Of a stretch of DNA of 64,000 nt, positions 31,832 to 42,351 are shown piece after piece. Source of the DNA: a bacterium (GTDB taxonomy: Bacteria > AUK180); contig JAGLGN010000006.1 of the NCBI GenBank assembly GCA_023144005.1, positions 80,799-144,798 of the forward strand, given 5' to 3'. The notes beneath the pieces are model-generated. The model did no database searches and had not been told where the DNA came from. It was given only the letters and a program-made list of their open reading frames with translations. Position 1 is the first letter of the stretch. Every line of letters begins with the position of its first letter. The position numbers and the translations under genes are program-made.

Positions 31832-32839
31832 TTAATGGCCAAATATCAATTTGATCGAGAAGACATATCCTCCGATCGCTATTACGGCAAAGGATATTTT
31901 CAGCCACTTTGGCAGTCTTTCCTGCATTACGAAGAGTATGCTCGATATGAATAGAGCGGAAAGCACTACTCTGTTGCCAAATCCCAGAGTCGCGATCAGC
32001 GGGGTCTTGAATGTAAAAATGTCACCTATCACGAAGATGATCACATTGAAGAGATTGGATCCGAGGATATTCCCGTAAGCCAGGTCAATGGAGCGGTATT
32101 TGAAGATCGAATGGAATGTAACGGCGACCTCGGGAAGCGAAGTTGAGATCGCGAGGAATAAGGCGCCGACGAATGACGAGCCCATTATAAACGGTTTACC
32201 GTTAAACGAAAATTCAAATCTTGCGATAAAATCCGAGGTCTTTCCCAGTATGATCCCCAAGCATATTATTAGCATCGCGAGGCCTACAAAGATCCATATT
32301 ATCTTTTTCTTATTGAGGTGCTTGTATTTATCCGGCAATTCAAAATCGCTCTGGCCGCCGGACTCCAATCTGCCGTAAAGTTTGAATACCAGCGGAAGAA
32401 GCAGAATAAAGAGTATCGTCGGGATAGAAAGCCCTCCCAGGCTTCTGAAGGGAGTGAAGTAAAGTACCACAAGAAGCAAAGGAACGGTTGAATACAGCAG
32501 TATCGTACCATTATGTTCCTTTGAAGGCCTGGAGATCTTCTTTTTAATTATGATTATATAGACAAGAATGCTCCAGAGGATAGTAATATTGAAGAAATTA
32601 CTCCCGAAAACATCCGCTACCATCAATTCCGGGTTATGAGCGATAAAGATCGCGGAAAATCCTGAGGAAAGCTCGGGAAGGCTTGTAATGGTCGCGATCA
32701 GGACCGTGCCGATAAAGGCCTCTCCGAGATTACTGACCTTGGAAAGAGCCTTGGCGTAAAAGGTCAGCCTGTCACCGATAAGGAACACGCCGACAAATGC
32801 CGAAAGAAAGAACGCGATGTTAATTATTAATAGTAACAT
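31832..32839 (-). CDS. Cation:Ca2+ (CaCA/YrbG-like) antiporter
   Basis: Two alpha repeats: A.ITSLPEL...FGSN.FN and AISTSLPEV...GNILGSNLFN. ATG 32839 has a GGAG SD; the ORF track start is 32851. Confidence 0.88.
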   Translation of the reverse strand: MLLLIINIAFFLSAFVGVFLIGDRLTFYAKALSKVSNLGEAFIGTVLIATITSLPELSSGFSAIFIAHNPELMVADVFGSNFFNITILWSILVYIIIIKKKISRPSKEHNGTILLYSTVPLLLVVLYFTPFRSLGGLSIPTILFILLLPLVFKLYGRLESGGQSDFELPDKYKHLNKKKIIWIFVGLAMLIICLGIILGKTSDFIARFEFSFNGKPFIMGSSFVGALFLAISTSLPEVAVTFHSIFKYRSIDLAYGNILGSNLFNVIIFVIGDIFTFKTPLIATLGFGNRVVLSALFISSILFVMQERLPKWLKISFAVIAIGGYVFSIKLIFGH

Positions 32840-33281
32840 ACCTTTCTCCAAAAACCAGTATCAAGCCGTTCAAGATGATATTGACCGCAAAAGCCGGCAG
32901 AGCGGAAAAAAAAGTCCCGCCGTAGATCATGAAAATATACAGGCCCTTGACCACCACGATGCCGGCGATCAAAAAAAGCATCACGGCACGTTTGAAATGA
33001 GGGTTATATCCCGAAATATACCCGAAAAGAAGGAATGTGAAATAGATCAGCAGGCAGTAGAATATCGGAAATACAATATCAAATGAAAAAATTCCGGTGA
33101 TCGCTACGAACAATGACAACCCAAGAATAAAGCGCAGATTGTTCTTCTCCTTGATGCGTATCATATATATCAGCAACGGAATGAAGTCCAGGAGAAAAAA
33201 AGAGTTCTTCCCGGAAAATATTATCAGTCCGTTGAAGATCAGGAGCAGGTATAATACAAATTTATTCATCGACATCATCAC
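32820..33281 (-). CDS. Hydrophobic membrane protein, probable divergent MreD
   Basis: About 150 aa and five TM segments, directly after mreC. The assignment rests on position and size, not on a motif. Confidence 0.55.
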   Translation of the reverse strand: MMMSMNKFVLYLLLIFNGLIIFSGKNSFFLLDFIPLLIYMIRIKEKNNLRFILGLSLFVAITGIFSFDIVFPIFYCLLIYFTFLLFGYISGYNPHFKRAVMLFLIAGIVVVKGLYIFMIYGGTFFSALPAFAVNIILNGLILVFGERYVTINN

Positions 33282-34101
33282 TATATTTACGGAATACAGA
33301 CACCGATTTCAGCGCATAGATATCCTCTGCGGGTTCTATCAAATATGAATATCTGTTTATCCGTCTTTGGGAGAGCTTTTTAATGCGACCGAGAATAAAG
33401 CCGGAACCGAATGTATCGGAAATGCCGTATGTGAGAACGGTCATTCCCTTGGATACCTTATCTTCCACCTTTATGTTCATCGGAGACAGAAACTCAAATA
33501 TCATTCCCTCTTTTCTTCTTTCACATAATCCGATCAGCGCATATTCTTCATTATTGTCTTTTAAAAACAGCGCCGCGTCAACAATAACTCCCTCATTAAA
33601 TATCCATTCGACTATAGAGCTGGAGTAGCCCGCTCTTTGGACACGCCCCAGAAGGAAGCCGTGAAAAGTAATATAGTCACCGTTTTTAATAAGGTCCTTT
33701 TTTCCTCCGTTGAGCACAAAATAGGTATTCCCGAAGGAGGAATATTTGGTGATTATATTGAATGTACCGATATAATAGGAGTCGCGCCTCTCGATATATT
33801 TGATCTCTTTGGAAAGTTCTTTGAAAAGGCGCAGACGCTCCATCAATTCCTCGTTCTTCACCTGAAGGCGTGCATTGAGTTCCCTTAATCCGAGGTTTTC
33901 TGTTTCCAGAAGCGACCTTTCCTTCCTTTTTAAGAATATTCTCTCCGTATTCATGCATATCCTGGAGGTGGCCCTGATAAAGGGCTTTGAAACAACAAAG
34001 AAAAGATATGATACCGAGGATGTATTATAGAAGAAGAAATAAAAAAGCAAGACGATCAGTACTGCTGAATATTTAAGAATCCACGCAGAACGCTTCCTCA
34101 T
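33262..34101 (-). CDS. mreC: Rod shape-determining protein MreC
   Basis: N-terminal TM, coiled coil (L..EN..L), LNGG..D.I..G...GFLLGRV, V.T.G....F..G..LG.I; follows mreB. Confidence 0.8.
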   Translation of the reverse strand: MRKRSAWILKYSAVLIVLLFYFFFYNTSSVSYLFFVVSKPFIRATSRICMNTERIFLKRKERSLLETENLGLRELNARLQVKNEELMERLRLFKELSKEIKYIERRDSYYIGTFNIITKYSSFGNTYFVLNGGKKDLIKNGDYITFHGFLLGRVQRAGYSSSIVEWIFNEGVIVDAALFLKDNNEEYALIGLCERRKEGMIFEFLSPMNIKVEDKVSKGMTVLTYGISDTFGSGFILGRIKKLSQRRINRYSYLIEPAEDIYALKSVSVFRKYSDDVDE

Positions 34102-35102
34102 TATTTATCTAATGTCTCAAGAACCTTTCCGGTACCCTTCACCACGCAGGTAAGCGGATCATCGGCGATTCTCACTTTCAAGCCGGTCTCCTGGAATATT
34201 TTCACATCCAATCCGTGCAGGAGAGCGCCGCCACCGGCGAGCATGATCCCGTCTTCCGCGATATCCGATGAGAGTTCGGGAGGTGTTTTTTCCAGAGTGA
34301 TCTTTATAACATTAATAATATTGTTTACCGGTGGTATCAACGCTTGACGGATCTCCTCTGAGGTTATCGAGATATTTCTCGGCAGGCCGGAAACTATCTC
34401 GCGGCCGCTTATGTCCATCGTGAGCTCTTCTTCCAATGCCGCGGCGGAACCGACAGTGATCTTGATGTTCTCTGATGTCCGTTCACCGATGAGCAAATTA
34501 TGTTCACTCCTTATAAATTCAGCAATGTGCTGATCCATCTTGTCTCCCGCGTATCTGATTGAGTTGGCGATAACAATGCCGCCCAAAGAAAGAATCGCGA
34601 CTTCGGTGGTACCTCCGCCGATATCGACGATCATACATCCGCGCGGTTCATTCACGGCAAGTCCGGCTCCTATTGCGGCGGCCCGTGGCTCTTCTATCAA
34701 ATAGACCTTTCTTGCACCCGCGGAAAGCGTCGCATCCTCAACCGCTTTTTTCTCTACCATAGTAATTCCGTATGGGATAGAGATCACTATACGGGGAGCA
34801 ACAAAGCTGTGTTTATTGTGAACCTTACGGATGAAGTATTTTATCATCTCCTCTGTCTCTTCAAAATAGGCGATAACACCATCCTTCAACGGCCTTAATG
34901 CCTTGATCTCTCCGGGAGTTTTCCCCAACATCATCTTCGCTTCCGCGCCGAAGGCCAGCGGAGATCTATCCTGGCGAGTCGCTACCACAGAGGGTTCGGA
35001 ACAAACTATCCCCTTGCCCTTCACATAGATAAGAATATTCGCCGTCCCCAGATCGATACCGATATCGAGGGAAAACAGGCTTTTCAAAAAATTCAGGAAC
35101 AT
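34101..35102 (-). CDS. mreB: Rod shape-determining protein MreB
   Basis: IGIDLGTAN, EPSVVA, RPLKDGVIA, VDIGGGTTEVA, LAGGGALL. Confidence 0.97.
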   Translation of the reverse strand: MFLNFLKSLFSLDIGIDLGTANILIYVKGKGIVCSEPSVVATRQDRSPLAFGAEAKMMLGKTPGEIKALRPLKDGVIAYFEETEEMIKYFIRKVHNKHSFVAPRIVISIPYGITMVEKKAVEDATLSAGARKVYLIEEPRAAAIGAGLAVNEPRGCMIVDIGGGTTEVAILSLGGIVIANSIRYAGDKMDQHIAEFIRSEHNLLIGERTSENIKITVGSAAALEEELTMDISGREIVSGLPRNISITSEEIRQALIPPVNNIINVIKITLEKTPPELSSDIAEDGIMLAGGGALLHGLDVKIFQETGLKVRIADDPLTCVVKGTGKVLETLDK

Positions 35103-35103
35103 A

Positions 35104-36081
35104 TCATTCTCCTTTTCTTAATTTTTCTCTAAATCGGATCCCGTCAGGAAATTTGGGATCCATTTTCAATGTAAAATTGATCGCATCGATCGCTTCTTTA
35201 TTCATGCCCAAATTGTAATATGTCTTGGACAACCAGTAATTCACCAGGGTGGAATTCCAATCCTTTTTGGCTTTCTTGTAAAATGAAAGCGCGGTGGAGT
35301 ATTGTTTCTCCCTGAAGAATGTATAAGCATAGTAATATAGGCACCTGCCCCTGTCGGCTCCGGACATCTCCTCCCAACAGCCGCCAAGAAGATTTTGCGC
35401 GGATTCCCACATCTCAGCATCTTTCGCAGTCTTTCCCAGAGAGAATCTTTTATCCGCGGCGGAGGCGTCATAATTCTTTAATTCGGAGTAGAGGTCCGGC
35501 ACATACATTTCCAGCCGTTTCAGAAAAAATGACGGATCAAGCCCGTTGGACAGTGTCAGGACCACACCTTTTTTCACATAAATGGTCCTGATATCACGGA
35601 TCTTATCTCCGGAAGCGTGATTCAATTTCTCCAGTGTCACCACTTGCGTGTCCAAACGCCGGACCAGCACCTTCAATGTGTCTGAATACATTTTCAAAAA
35701 GTATTTCCGCTCACATCCTTTCTTCAGGCCGCGTTCTATATATACAATAGCATCGAATTGCTGATGATGCACCAGGGACTCAATTATCTTTCTCAAGTAT
35801 TCACAGCGGATATCCTCTTCGTGCAAAAGAGCGAAGGATTGCTTATAATACCTGACGGCCTCATCAAATTTTTCTGTATTATAATAGTATTCCGCTAACT
35901 TAAGGGATCTGATCGGGTTTGTCGGATCATTCGCCACTCCTTTTTTCAATCTCATCTCATCAGGAGAGCCGACCATTTTGAAATACAGGAAGATCAGAAA
36001 AAAAAGCAGTAATATATACCCTACTCCTAATTTCAAACTCAATTTAAGCGGTTTTTTCCTTCTCTCTACCCGTATTACCAT
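35104..36081 (-). CDS. Membrane-anchored TPR-repeat protein
   Basis: N-terminal TM helix; TPR motifs at both ends (LAEYYY....FDEAV.YY; YWLSKTYYNLG..KEAI). Ends 1 nt before mreB. Confidence 0.7.
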   Translation of the reverse strand: MVIRVERRKKPLKLSLKLGVGYILLLFFLIFLYFKMVGSPDEMRLKKGVANDPTNPIRSLKLAEYYYNTEKFDEAVRYYKQSFALLHEEDIRCEYLRKIIESLVHHQQFDAIVYIERGLKKGCERKYFLKMYSDTLKVLVRRLDTQVVTLEKLNHASGDKIRDIRTIYVKKGVVLTLSNGLDPSFFLKRLEMYVPDLYSELKNYDASAADKRFSLGKTAKDAEMWESAQNLLGGCWEEMSGADRGRCLYYYAYTFFREKQYSTALSFYKKAKKDWNSTLVNYWLSKTYYNLGMNKEAIDAINFTLKMDPKFPDGIRFREKLRKGE

Positions 36082-36174
36082 AAAAAAATGTTGAATATTT
36101 CCTTAAAAAATATATAATTTAGATTATAATACTTTTTCTATGTTATTTCAAATCATTTTGGAGTATTTTGGAGG

Positions 36175-37959
36175 TTGATGATGGTAATGCGTTTTTTCAG
36201 GAAAAATTTCTCGGTTATTATATGGGCTGTGGTTGTAATATTCATTGGCGGATTTGTCATATTGAGCTCAATGAGCCGGACAGAAACACAGCGTAATATA
36301 GCATTCAAGGTAGGCAAACAGCAATACACTACTATAGCTTTCAGAGAGAGGCTGGATCAGACCAGAAGAATGCTTCTCAATGAGAACAGGGAATTCAACG
36401 AAGCTGACCTGAAGAAGGATATTCTGAATTCATTTGTGAATGAGGCCGTGATGACAAAGTTCGGTGTTGACATGAAGATCGTCGTTACCGGGGAAGATGT
36501 ACAGAATTATATTCAGGCACAGCAAAGCTTTCAGGTGAATGGAAGTTTCTCCTATGACAGATATGAGGACTTACTCCAAAGAAACGGAATAAGCATGTCC
36601 ATGTACGAATCGCAGGTTAAACTCAGTCTTCTTGTCCAGCAATTGAGCGCCATGATCAACAATACCAATCTGATCTCACCTCTTTATATGAACGAGGTGG
36701 GCAGGATGCCGAGTCTTGACTTTGAAGTAAAGTATACAACCGTTCCCCTGAAAGAAATAACGGAAAAGATCAGTATAAGCGACGAGGGGATCAATAAATA
36801 CTATTCCGAGAAGATGACGGATTTTTTTATCGAGCCCGAGGTAAAGATCGGATGGGCGGAGATGTCCATCGAGGTCAGCCAAGAGGACGAAGACAGCCTC
36901 ATCTCACAGCTCGAAGGGATCAAAAAGCAGATCACCGGCAACACAATAACATTTGAGACAGCGGCGAAAGCATATTCTCAAGGCCCCTCGGCTTCAAAGG
37001 GAGGAGACCTGGGATGGTTCGACAATGATACCATGGTGGATGCCTTCAATAAGGTTGCGTTCAAATTAAAAAAAGGTCAGATCTCCAAACCATTTCAAAC
37101 GAAATTCGGATTCCATATAGTTCAGAAAATGGACGAGAAAGTGGAAAACGGAAAGATCATGGTCCAGGCGCGGCATATACTCTTAAAATTGCAGGTATCG
37201 GACGAACAGAAGGATGTTGTATATAATCGGGCATTGACCGCATATTCCGAGATGTCCCAAGGTGCCAAGATCGGAGACCTTTTCAAGACCGTCAACCGTA
37301 CAGGACTTTTATCCAAGGAAACATTACCTTTCAAGCAGATGGAAGAAGTGTTCGAATTCGGAGAAGAGGACACCGCGGGCTATCCCTTCTTCTTGAGCGC
37401 GGATGAAGAGACCGGCAAAAAGGGACGCTATGTGGTCTATCAGGTCATAGAAAAGAAAAAAGGATTTTATAAGCCCGTTGCCGAGGTGAGCGATCAGATC
37501 AGACAGATACTCGAAAGAGAAAAAGTCCTTGAATACGCCAAGACCAATGCGGGATCCTTGATGGAAGAAAAGCAGGATAGCATAGAAAGTGCTTTCTTCT
37601 CCGCTTCCGACGGCATCTTTACTGATATTTTCGGTAAACTCGAAGCAGAAGACAAAGATTATGTGAAATACTCTGAATTCACACAGGACACCAAGCTCCT
37701 GATCTCCAAACTGATAAAGGGAGAGTATACTTCCGCCATGCTCGGAGATGATGTATTCCTCTTCCAGCTGGAAAAAATGGCATTGCCGATGATAGCGACC
37801 GATTTCAACCCGGACGCTAATATCTTTTTTGAAAGATTTTTCGTTCAGACAATGTTCGGAGAGTTCATCAGATATCTTAAGGAAAGGTATCATGTAGAGA
37901 TCTTCTACGACAGGATCGGAGTAAAAGAAGAAGACAAAGAAAAGAAGACGGGCGTCTGA
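36175..37959 (+). CDS. PpiD/SurA-like parvulin peptidyl-prolyl isomerase chaperone
   Basis: N-terminal anchor and SurA-N domain (FQVNGSFSYDRY); parvulin motif FETAAKAYSQGPSA.KGGDLGWF...M..F...AF.L..GQIS.PFQT.FGFHI. Exact start is within 36175-36181. Confidence 0.88.
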   Translation: MMMVMRFFRKNFSVIIWAVVVIFIGGFVILSSMSRTETQRNIAFKVGKQQYTTIAFRERLDQTRRMLLNENREFNEADLKKDILNSFVNEAVMTKFGVDMKIVVTGEDVQNYIQAQQSFQVNGSFSYDRYEDLLQRNGISMSMYESQVKLSLLVQQLSAMINNTNLISPLYMNEVGRMPSLDFEVKYTTVPLKEITEKISISDEGINKYYSEKMTDFFIEPEVKIGWAEMSIEVSQEDEDSLISQLEGIKKQITGNTITFETAAKAYSQGPSASKGGDLGWFDNDTMVDAFNKVAFKLKKGQISKPFQTKFGFHIVQKMDEKVENGKIMVQARHILLKLQVSDEQKDVVYNRALTAYSEMSQGAKIGDLFKTVNRTGLLSKETLPFKQMEEVFEFGEEDTAGYPFFLSADEETGKKGRYVVYQVIEKKKGFYKPVAEVSDQIRQILEREKVLEYAKTNAGSLMEEKQDSIESAFFSASDGIFTDIFGKLEAEDKDYVKYSEFTQDTKLLISKLIKGEYTSAMLGDDVFLFQLEKMALPMIATDFNPDANIFFERFFVQTMFGEFIRYLKERYHVEIFYDRIGVKEEDKEKKTGV

Positions 37960-39164
37960 TGACCGACTGGAAAATCCAGACAGAACTTCTCTGCAGAAAT
38001 ACAGTTAAGATCATTCCTGAAGGCGACCTGCTTGAAAAACTCAAGGCCGCAGACAAAGAAAGTAAACCATTGGTTGTTAAGCTGGGAGCGGATCCCTCCG
38101 CCCCGGATATACATTTCGGCCATCTGGTGGTCTTAAAGAAACTTGCCGAGTTTCAGAAATTCGGACACAAGGTGACATTCATCATCGGCGATTTCACTGG
38201 AATGATCGGAGACCCCACAGGCAAGAACGAGACCAGAAAACGACTCACCCGGGAAATGGTGAAAAAGAATGCGGAAACATATGCGAAGCAGGTCTTCAAG
38301 GTATTGGACCCCGATTTGACGGAGATCCGTTTTAATTCAAGTTGGTTTGAGAAGATTGACATATACGACTTCCTGGAGATCACATCGAAATACACCATTG
38401 CAAGGATGCTGGAAAGAAACGATTTCTCCAAAAGATTTCAGTCAAATCAGCCGATCTCCATATTGGAATTCCTCTACCCATTGGTGCAGGGATATGACTC
38501 TGTCGCCATCAAGGCCGATATAGAGCTGGGCGGTACTGATCAGGAATTCAATCTAATAGTGGGAAGAACTATTCAGGAGCGATACGGAATGGAGCCGCAG
38601 ACCGCCATGATCATGCCCATAATAGAAGGATTGGACGGCAAGCAGAAGATGTCCAAATCATTAAACAATTATATCGGCATAAATGACGAACCCAATGATA
38701 TGTTCGGCAAGATCATGTCAATCCCTGATTCCATATTACCTAAGTACATCACCCTTTTATCCAATATGTCTCCCGAAGATAAAAAAAGCGCCGTTGACTC
38801 ATTGAACGATACCGGAGTAAATCCACGAGATGTGAAAATGCGATTCGGCGTGGAAATGGTATCCTGGCTCCACTCTGCCGAAGAGGGGGAAAAGGCGAAG
38901 AAAGATTTCATAACTCGTTTCGTGAAAAAGGATATTCCGGATGATCTGGAAGAAACAGTAATACAGGCGGGGAAGGTAATAGATATTGTAAAAGAACTTC
39001 TACCGAACCTCTCTAAAGGGGATATTAAGCGACTGATAAAACAGAACGGGATCGAGTGGAATGATGTCAAGGTTGACCGCACAGACCTTGAGGTATCCTC
39101 AGCGGGGATACTGAAAGTGGGTAAGCGTAATATTTTCAAGATAAAGATAAAGGAGCAGCAATGA
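37959..39164 (+). CDS. tyrS: Tyrosine--tRNA ligase
   Basis: KLGADPSAPDIHFGH, IGDPTGK, YPLVQGYDS, ELGGTDQ.FN, KMSKS; C-terminal S4 domain. Confidence 0.97.
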   Translation: MTDWKIQTELLCRNTVKIIPEGDLLEKLKAADKESKPLVVKLGADPSAPDIHFGHLVVLKKLAEFQKFGHKVTFIIGDFTGMIGDPTGKNETRKRLTREMVKKNAETYAKQVFKVLDPDLTEIRFNSSWFEKIDIYDFLEITSKYTIARMLERNDFSKRFQSNQPISILEFLYPLVQGYDSVAIKADIELGGTDQEFNLIVGRTIQERYGMEPQTAMIMPIIEGLDGKQKMSKSLNNYIGINDEPNDMFGKIMSIPDSILPKYITLLSNMSPEDKKSAVDSLNDTGVNPRDVKMRFGVEMVSWLHSAEEGEKAKKDFITRFVKKDIPDDLEETVIQAGKVIDIVKELLPNLSKGDIKRLIKQNGIEWNDVKVDRTDLEVSSAGILKVGKRNIFKIKIKEQQ

Positions 39165-40552
39165 ACGATTTCAGGCAAAAATTCGAACATTACCGTAAAT
39201 TGATCAAACAGGAAGAGATCAGTCTTATCGATATCAAGATCGTGAACTTTGTAGGGCTTCTGAAACATTTCACATACCCCGCAAGAGCGTTCACTGAAAG
39301 ACTTTTTGATGAGGGTATCGGCGTAGACGGATCTTCGATAGGCGGTTATGCTACCGTTGAAAGCAGCGATCTTATTGCGGTGCCTGATATTGATACGGGA
39401 TTCATTGATCCGTTCTTTCCTGAAAAAACTCTCTCTTTCCTTTCCTGGATAAATTACGCGTCAAGGGACGATGAATTCCCCCTTTGCCCGAGAGCGACGG
39501 CGAAAAGAGCGGTTCAGGCGCTAAGAGATCTCAAGATCGCGGATGAGGCATACTGGATCCCTGAATTGGAATTCTTCCTTCTGGACGGATATTCTTTCAG
39601 CCTTAACCCCATGTCTACAAATGTCGAGTTCCTCTCCGACGAAGCGACCACCACGGATAATTATTCCTACAAGCTTAACCCGAAATGGGGATACGGATCA
39701 GTGCCGCCTTATGATAAGGGGATAGAATTCCGCACTGAATTTACACGCATGGCCGAAGAGATCGGGATCAATATAAAGGTCGGGCATCATGAATGCGCGG
39801 TTCCAGGACAGCATGAGTTCGAATTAGACCTCACTCCCTTGTTGGAAGCGGGTGACCATATTATCCTTTCAAAATATATCATCAAGAATCTTGCCGCCTC
39901 ATTTAATAAGGTAGCTACATTCATGCCCAAGCCGATGTACGGTGTCGCCGGAAGCGGAATGCACTTCCATCAGATGCTCTCAAAGAAGGGAAAGAACATC
40001 TTCAACGGCAAGGGATTCGCCGATCTGTCGGATACCGCATTGCAATATATCGGGGGGGTTTTGAAACACGCCAGAGCGCTCACCGGTATTACGAATCCTT
40101 CTACCAATTCCTTTAAAAGACTTATTCCGGGTTACGAAGCTCCTACGGCTATCTGCTATTCTAATTCCAATAGAACGGCGGCGGTCAGGATACCGGGCTA
40201 TATAAAAGATCCGCAGAAGCGGCGTTTTGAATACAGGCCGCCGGATGCCATGGGTAATCCTTATTTTACGCTCGCGGCACTTGTGGCGGCCGGTATTGAC
40301 GGTATAAAAAATAAAAGGAATCCCGGAAAACCCGCAGTCGGAAATATCGAGAAAAAGGCAAAATACAAAAAAGTACCGGCATCGCTTTATGAAGCGCTTC
40401 ATTATCTCGAAAAAGGGCACAAATTCCTGCTTCAGGACGGCATATTCAAAAAAGAAATGATCAAACATTGGGTTAAGGTAAAGAGGCAAGAGGCCTTTGA
40501 GGTAAATATACATCCCAATCCCAAAGAGATCGAGCTTTACTTCAACTTTTAA
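39161..40552 (+). CDS. glnA: Glutamine synthetase type I
   Basis: DGSSIGG, PELEFF, HHE..PGQHE, TFMPKP..G..GSGMH.H, RL.PGYEAP, NRTAAVRIP, E.RPPD...NPY. Confidence 0.95.
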   Translation: MNDFRQKFEHYRKLIKQEEISLIDIKIVNFVGLLKHFTYPARAFTERLFDEGIGVDGSSIGGYATVESSDLIAVPDIDTGFIDPFFPEKTLSFLSWINYASRDDEFPLCPRATAKRAVQALRDLKIADEAYWIPELEFFLLDGYSFSLNPMSTNVEFLSDEATTTDNYSYKLNPKWGYGSVPPYDKGIEFRTEFTRMAEEIGINIKVGHHECAVPGQHEFELDLTPLLEAGDHIILSKYIIKNLAASFNKVATFMPKPMYGVAGSGMHFHQMLSKKGKNIFNGKGFADLSDTALQYIGGVLKHARALTGITNPSTNSFKRLIPGYEAPTAICYSNSNRTAAVRIPGYIKDPQKRRFEYRPPDAMGNPYFTLAALVAAGIDGIKNKRNPGKPAVGNIEKKAKYKKVPASLYEALHYLEKGHKFLLQDGIFKKEMIKHWVKVKRQEAFEVNIHPNPKEIELYFNF

Positions 40553-41597
40553 GAAGAGGATCTGAAAAAAGGTCTTTCACTCGAGAAGTAAAACTTCCAA
40601 AAGAAAGGTTTTGACGGCAATATTCTGATATTTCCGGAAGTATTTCCGCTCTTCTTGAGTGAGTGTTCAGTATCGCATGCGCCAATGCGCTGCTATCCTG
40701 CGGTTCAATAATGTCACCGAAATCCACCTGCGCTCCTATTTCCGGAATTATTCCCACGGCCGTTGCGGCAACGGGAACACCGTAAGAGATGCACTCCAAT
40801 AGAGCACGGGAATACACTTCTGAGCCGCGGGAAGCTATGATGCCGATATCGGCCCATTTGTAAAATTCAGAAGTATCCTGCACGAATCCAAAGAACTCAC
40901 ATTCCTCGGAGATGCCGAGCGATGTACAGAAAGCCCTTAATTGCCGCAAGGATATTTCCGCCTCATTTCCGATGAAGCGTGCGGTAAAAGCTAAATCCTG
41001 CTTTTTTATTACAGATAAGGCATTAAGAAGGTCTTCGTGGCCCTTAACGGGAGAAGTTCTGGCAACATGAAGGATCTTCAGTCCTTCACCGGCGGCGGGT
41101 GAGCCTTCTGAATAACAGGCGGAGACACTACCGGAAAGTATCTTCATGCCCGGGTATGAGCCGGTGCTCTTTTCAAAGCGGTCTTTTTCCAATTCTGATG
41201 GGAAAACTATCATGTCCGTGCCGGCAAATAACTTCTTGGCGGCAAAATTGGTATTCTGACGGCGGGCATCCATTCTTATTCTTATTAATTTCTGCTCTTT
41301 TGACTTCTTCCTCAGGGCAAGCTCCTGATCGCGCCCCCAATAGGTAACTATTATCTGAGCATCAGAAAGGGGGAGTTTTTTCAGAAAGAGGGGAAAGTAT
41401 TGAATGTCCTTATCGGGAAGGATCGGGTCGAATTTAAAACCCGACGCGGACAGACGATCATTTATAGGATTGTTCTTTCCCGTGATCACCCGCTGCTCAA
41501 ATCCCAAAGAATCAAGAGCGCGCATCAAATCCCAGGCATAATGCGAAACCGCATTCCACCATCGGATATTATGCAGATGTATTATTTTCGTCTTCAT
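40542..41597 (-). CDS. Glycosyltransferase family 4
   Basis: R.WNA..Y, VAR.SPVKGH, SE.YSR.LLE....GVPV.AT.VG.IPE. Start is 41597 or 41618. Confidence 0.85.
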   Translation of the reverse strand: MKTKIIHLHNIRWWNAVSHYAWDLMRALDSLGFEQRVITGKNNPINDRLSASGFKFDPILPDKDIQYFPLFLKKLPLSDAQIIVTYWGRDQELALRKKSKEQKLIRIRMDARRQNTNFAAKKLFAGTDMIVFPSELEKDRFEKSTGSYPGMKILSGSVSACYSEGSPAAGEGLKILHVARTSPVKGHEDLLNALSVIKKQDLAFTARFIGNEAEISLRQLRAFCTSLGISEECEFFGFVQDTSEFYKWADIGIIASRGSEVYSRALLECISYGVPVAATAVGIIPEIGAQVDFGDIIEPQDSSALAHAILNTHSRRAEILPEISEYCRQNLSFGSFTSRVKDLFSDPLLKS

Positions 41598-42351
41598 TTT
41601 CCACAATACACTTGACATAGTGCTGATAATTCATAGCCGCGTTCAAGACCTTGAATTTAAACGCCCAGATCCCGGCGGCGCCATTGAGAAATTCACCTTT
41701 AAAAAGAAAGTATATAATAAAATACGCCATGGGCTTAAGTATCATGTATTTCACAAATGGCTGGAATCGTTTGCTACCCCGTTTTTCATACACCTTACGG
41801 CCGATGAATTCCGCCTTGATCTTAAGTTTATCCCGGTAAAACTCCTTGGAAATGGCTGTATAATGGAGAAACGGGGTTTTCATTTTTCCTATGATCCCGT
41901 CAATGGCAAGCCGTTCATGTATATCCTCGCAGGGGAAGTGAGCATGGCCTTTTTTAAAAAATCTTAATTGATAATCGGGATAATGCCCTCCCCATTTAAG
42001 CCATTTGCCAAAGAAGATATTCTTTCGGGGAATGAGGTATGCGTCGGCGGCGCTTTCTTTGACGGCTGCCTTGAATTCATCCGCCAGAGCAGAGGGGATC
42101 TCTTCATCGGGATCAAGGTAAAGTATCCAGTCACCGCTGCATTTCTCTATTCCTTTCTGCTTGTTGATATTTATATTGGGATTGTTCTCTACAATAAATA
42201 TCTTCGCGGTATATTCGGCGGAGATCTTGACCGAATCATCCGTTGATCCGGTATCCACAATGATTATCTCATCCGCCCATTTGACGGACTCCAGGCAGGC
42301 TCTAAGGAAACGGGCTTCATTATGGACAACGATCGAAACTGATATTTTCAT
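41569..42351 (-). CDS. Glycosyltransferase family 2 (LPS core WaaE/KdtX-like)
   Basis: NE...L..CLESV.WADEIIIVDTGSTD, WILYLDPDE, YPDYQLRFF, IHE. Confidence 0.88.
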   Translation of the reverse strand: MKISVSIVVHNEARFLRACLESVKWADEIIIVDTGSTDDSVKISAEYTAKIFIVENNPNININKQKGIEKCSGDWILYLDPDEEIPSALADEFKAAVKESAADAYLIPRKNIFFGKWLKWGGHYPDYQLRFFKKGHAHFPCEDIHERLAIDGIIGKMKTPFLHYTAISKEFYRDKLKIKAEFIGRKVYEKRGSKRFQPFVKYMILKPMAYFIIYFLFKGEFLNGAAGIWAFKFKVLNAAMNYQHYVKCIVENEDENNTSA

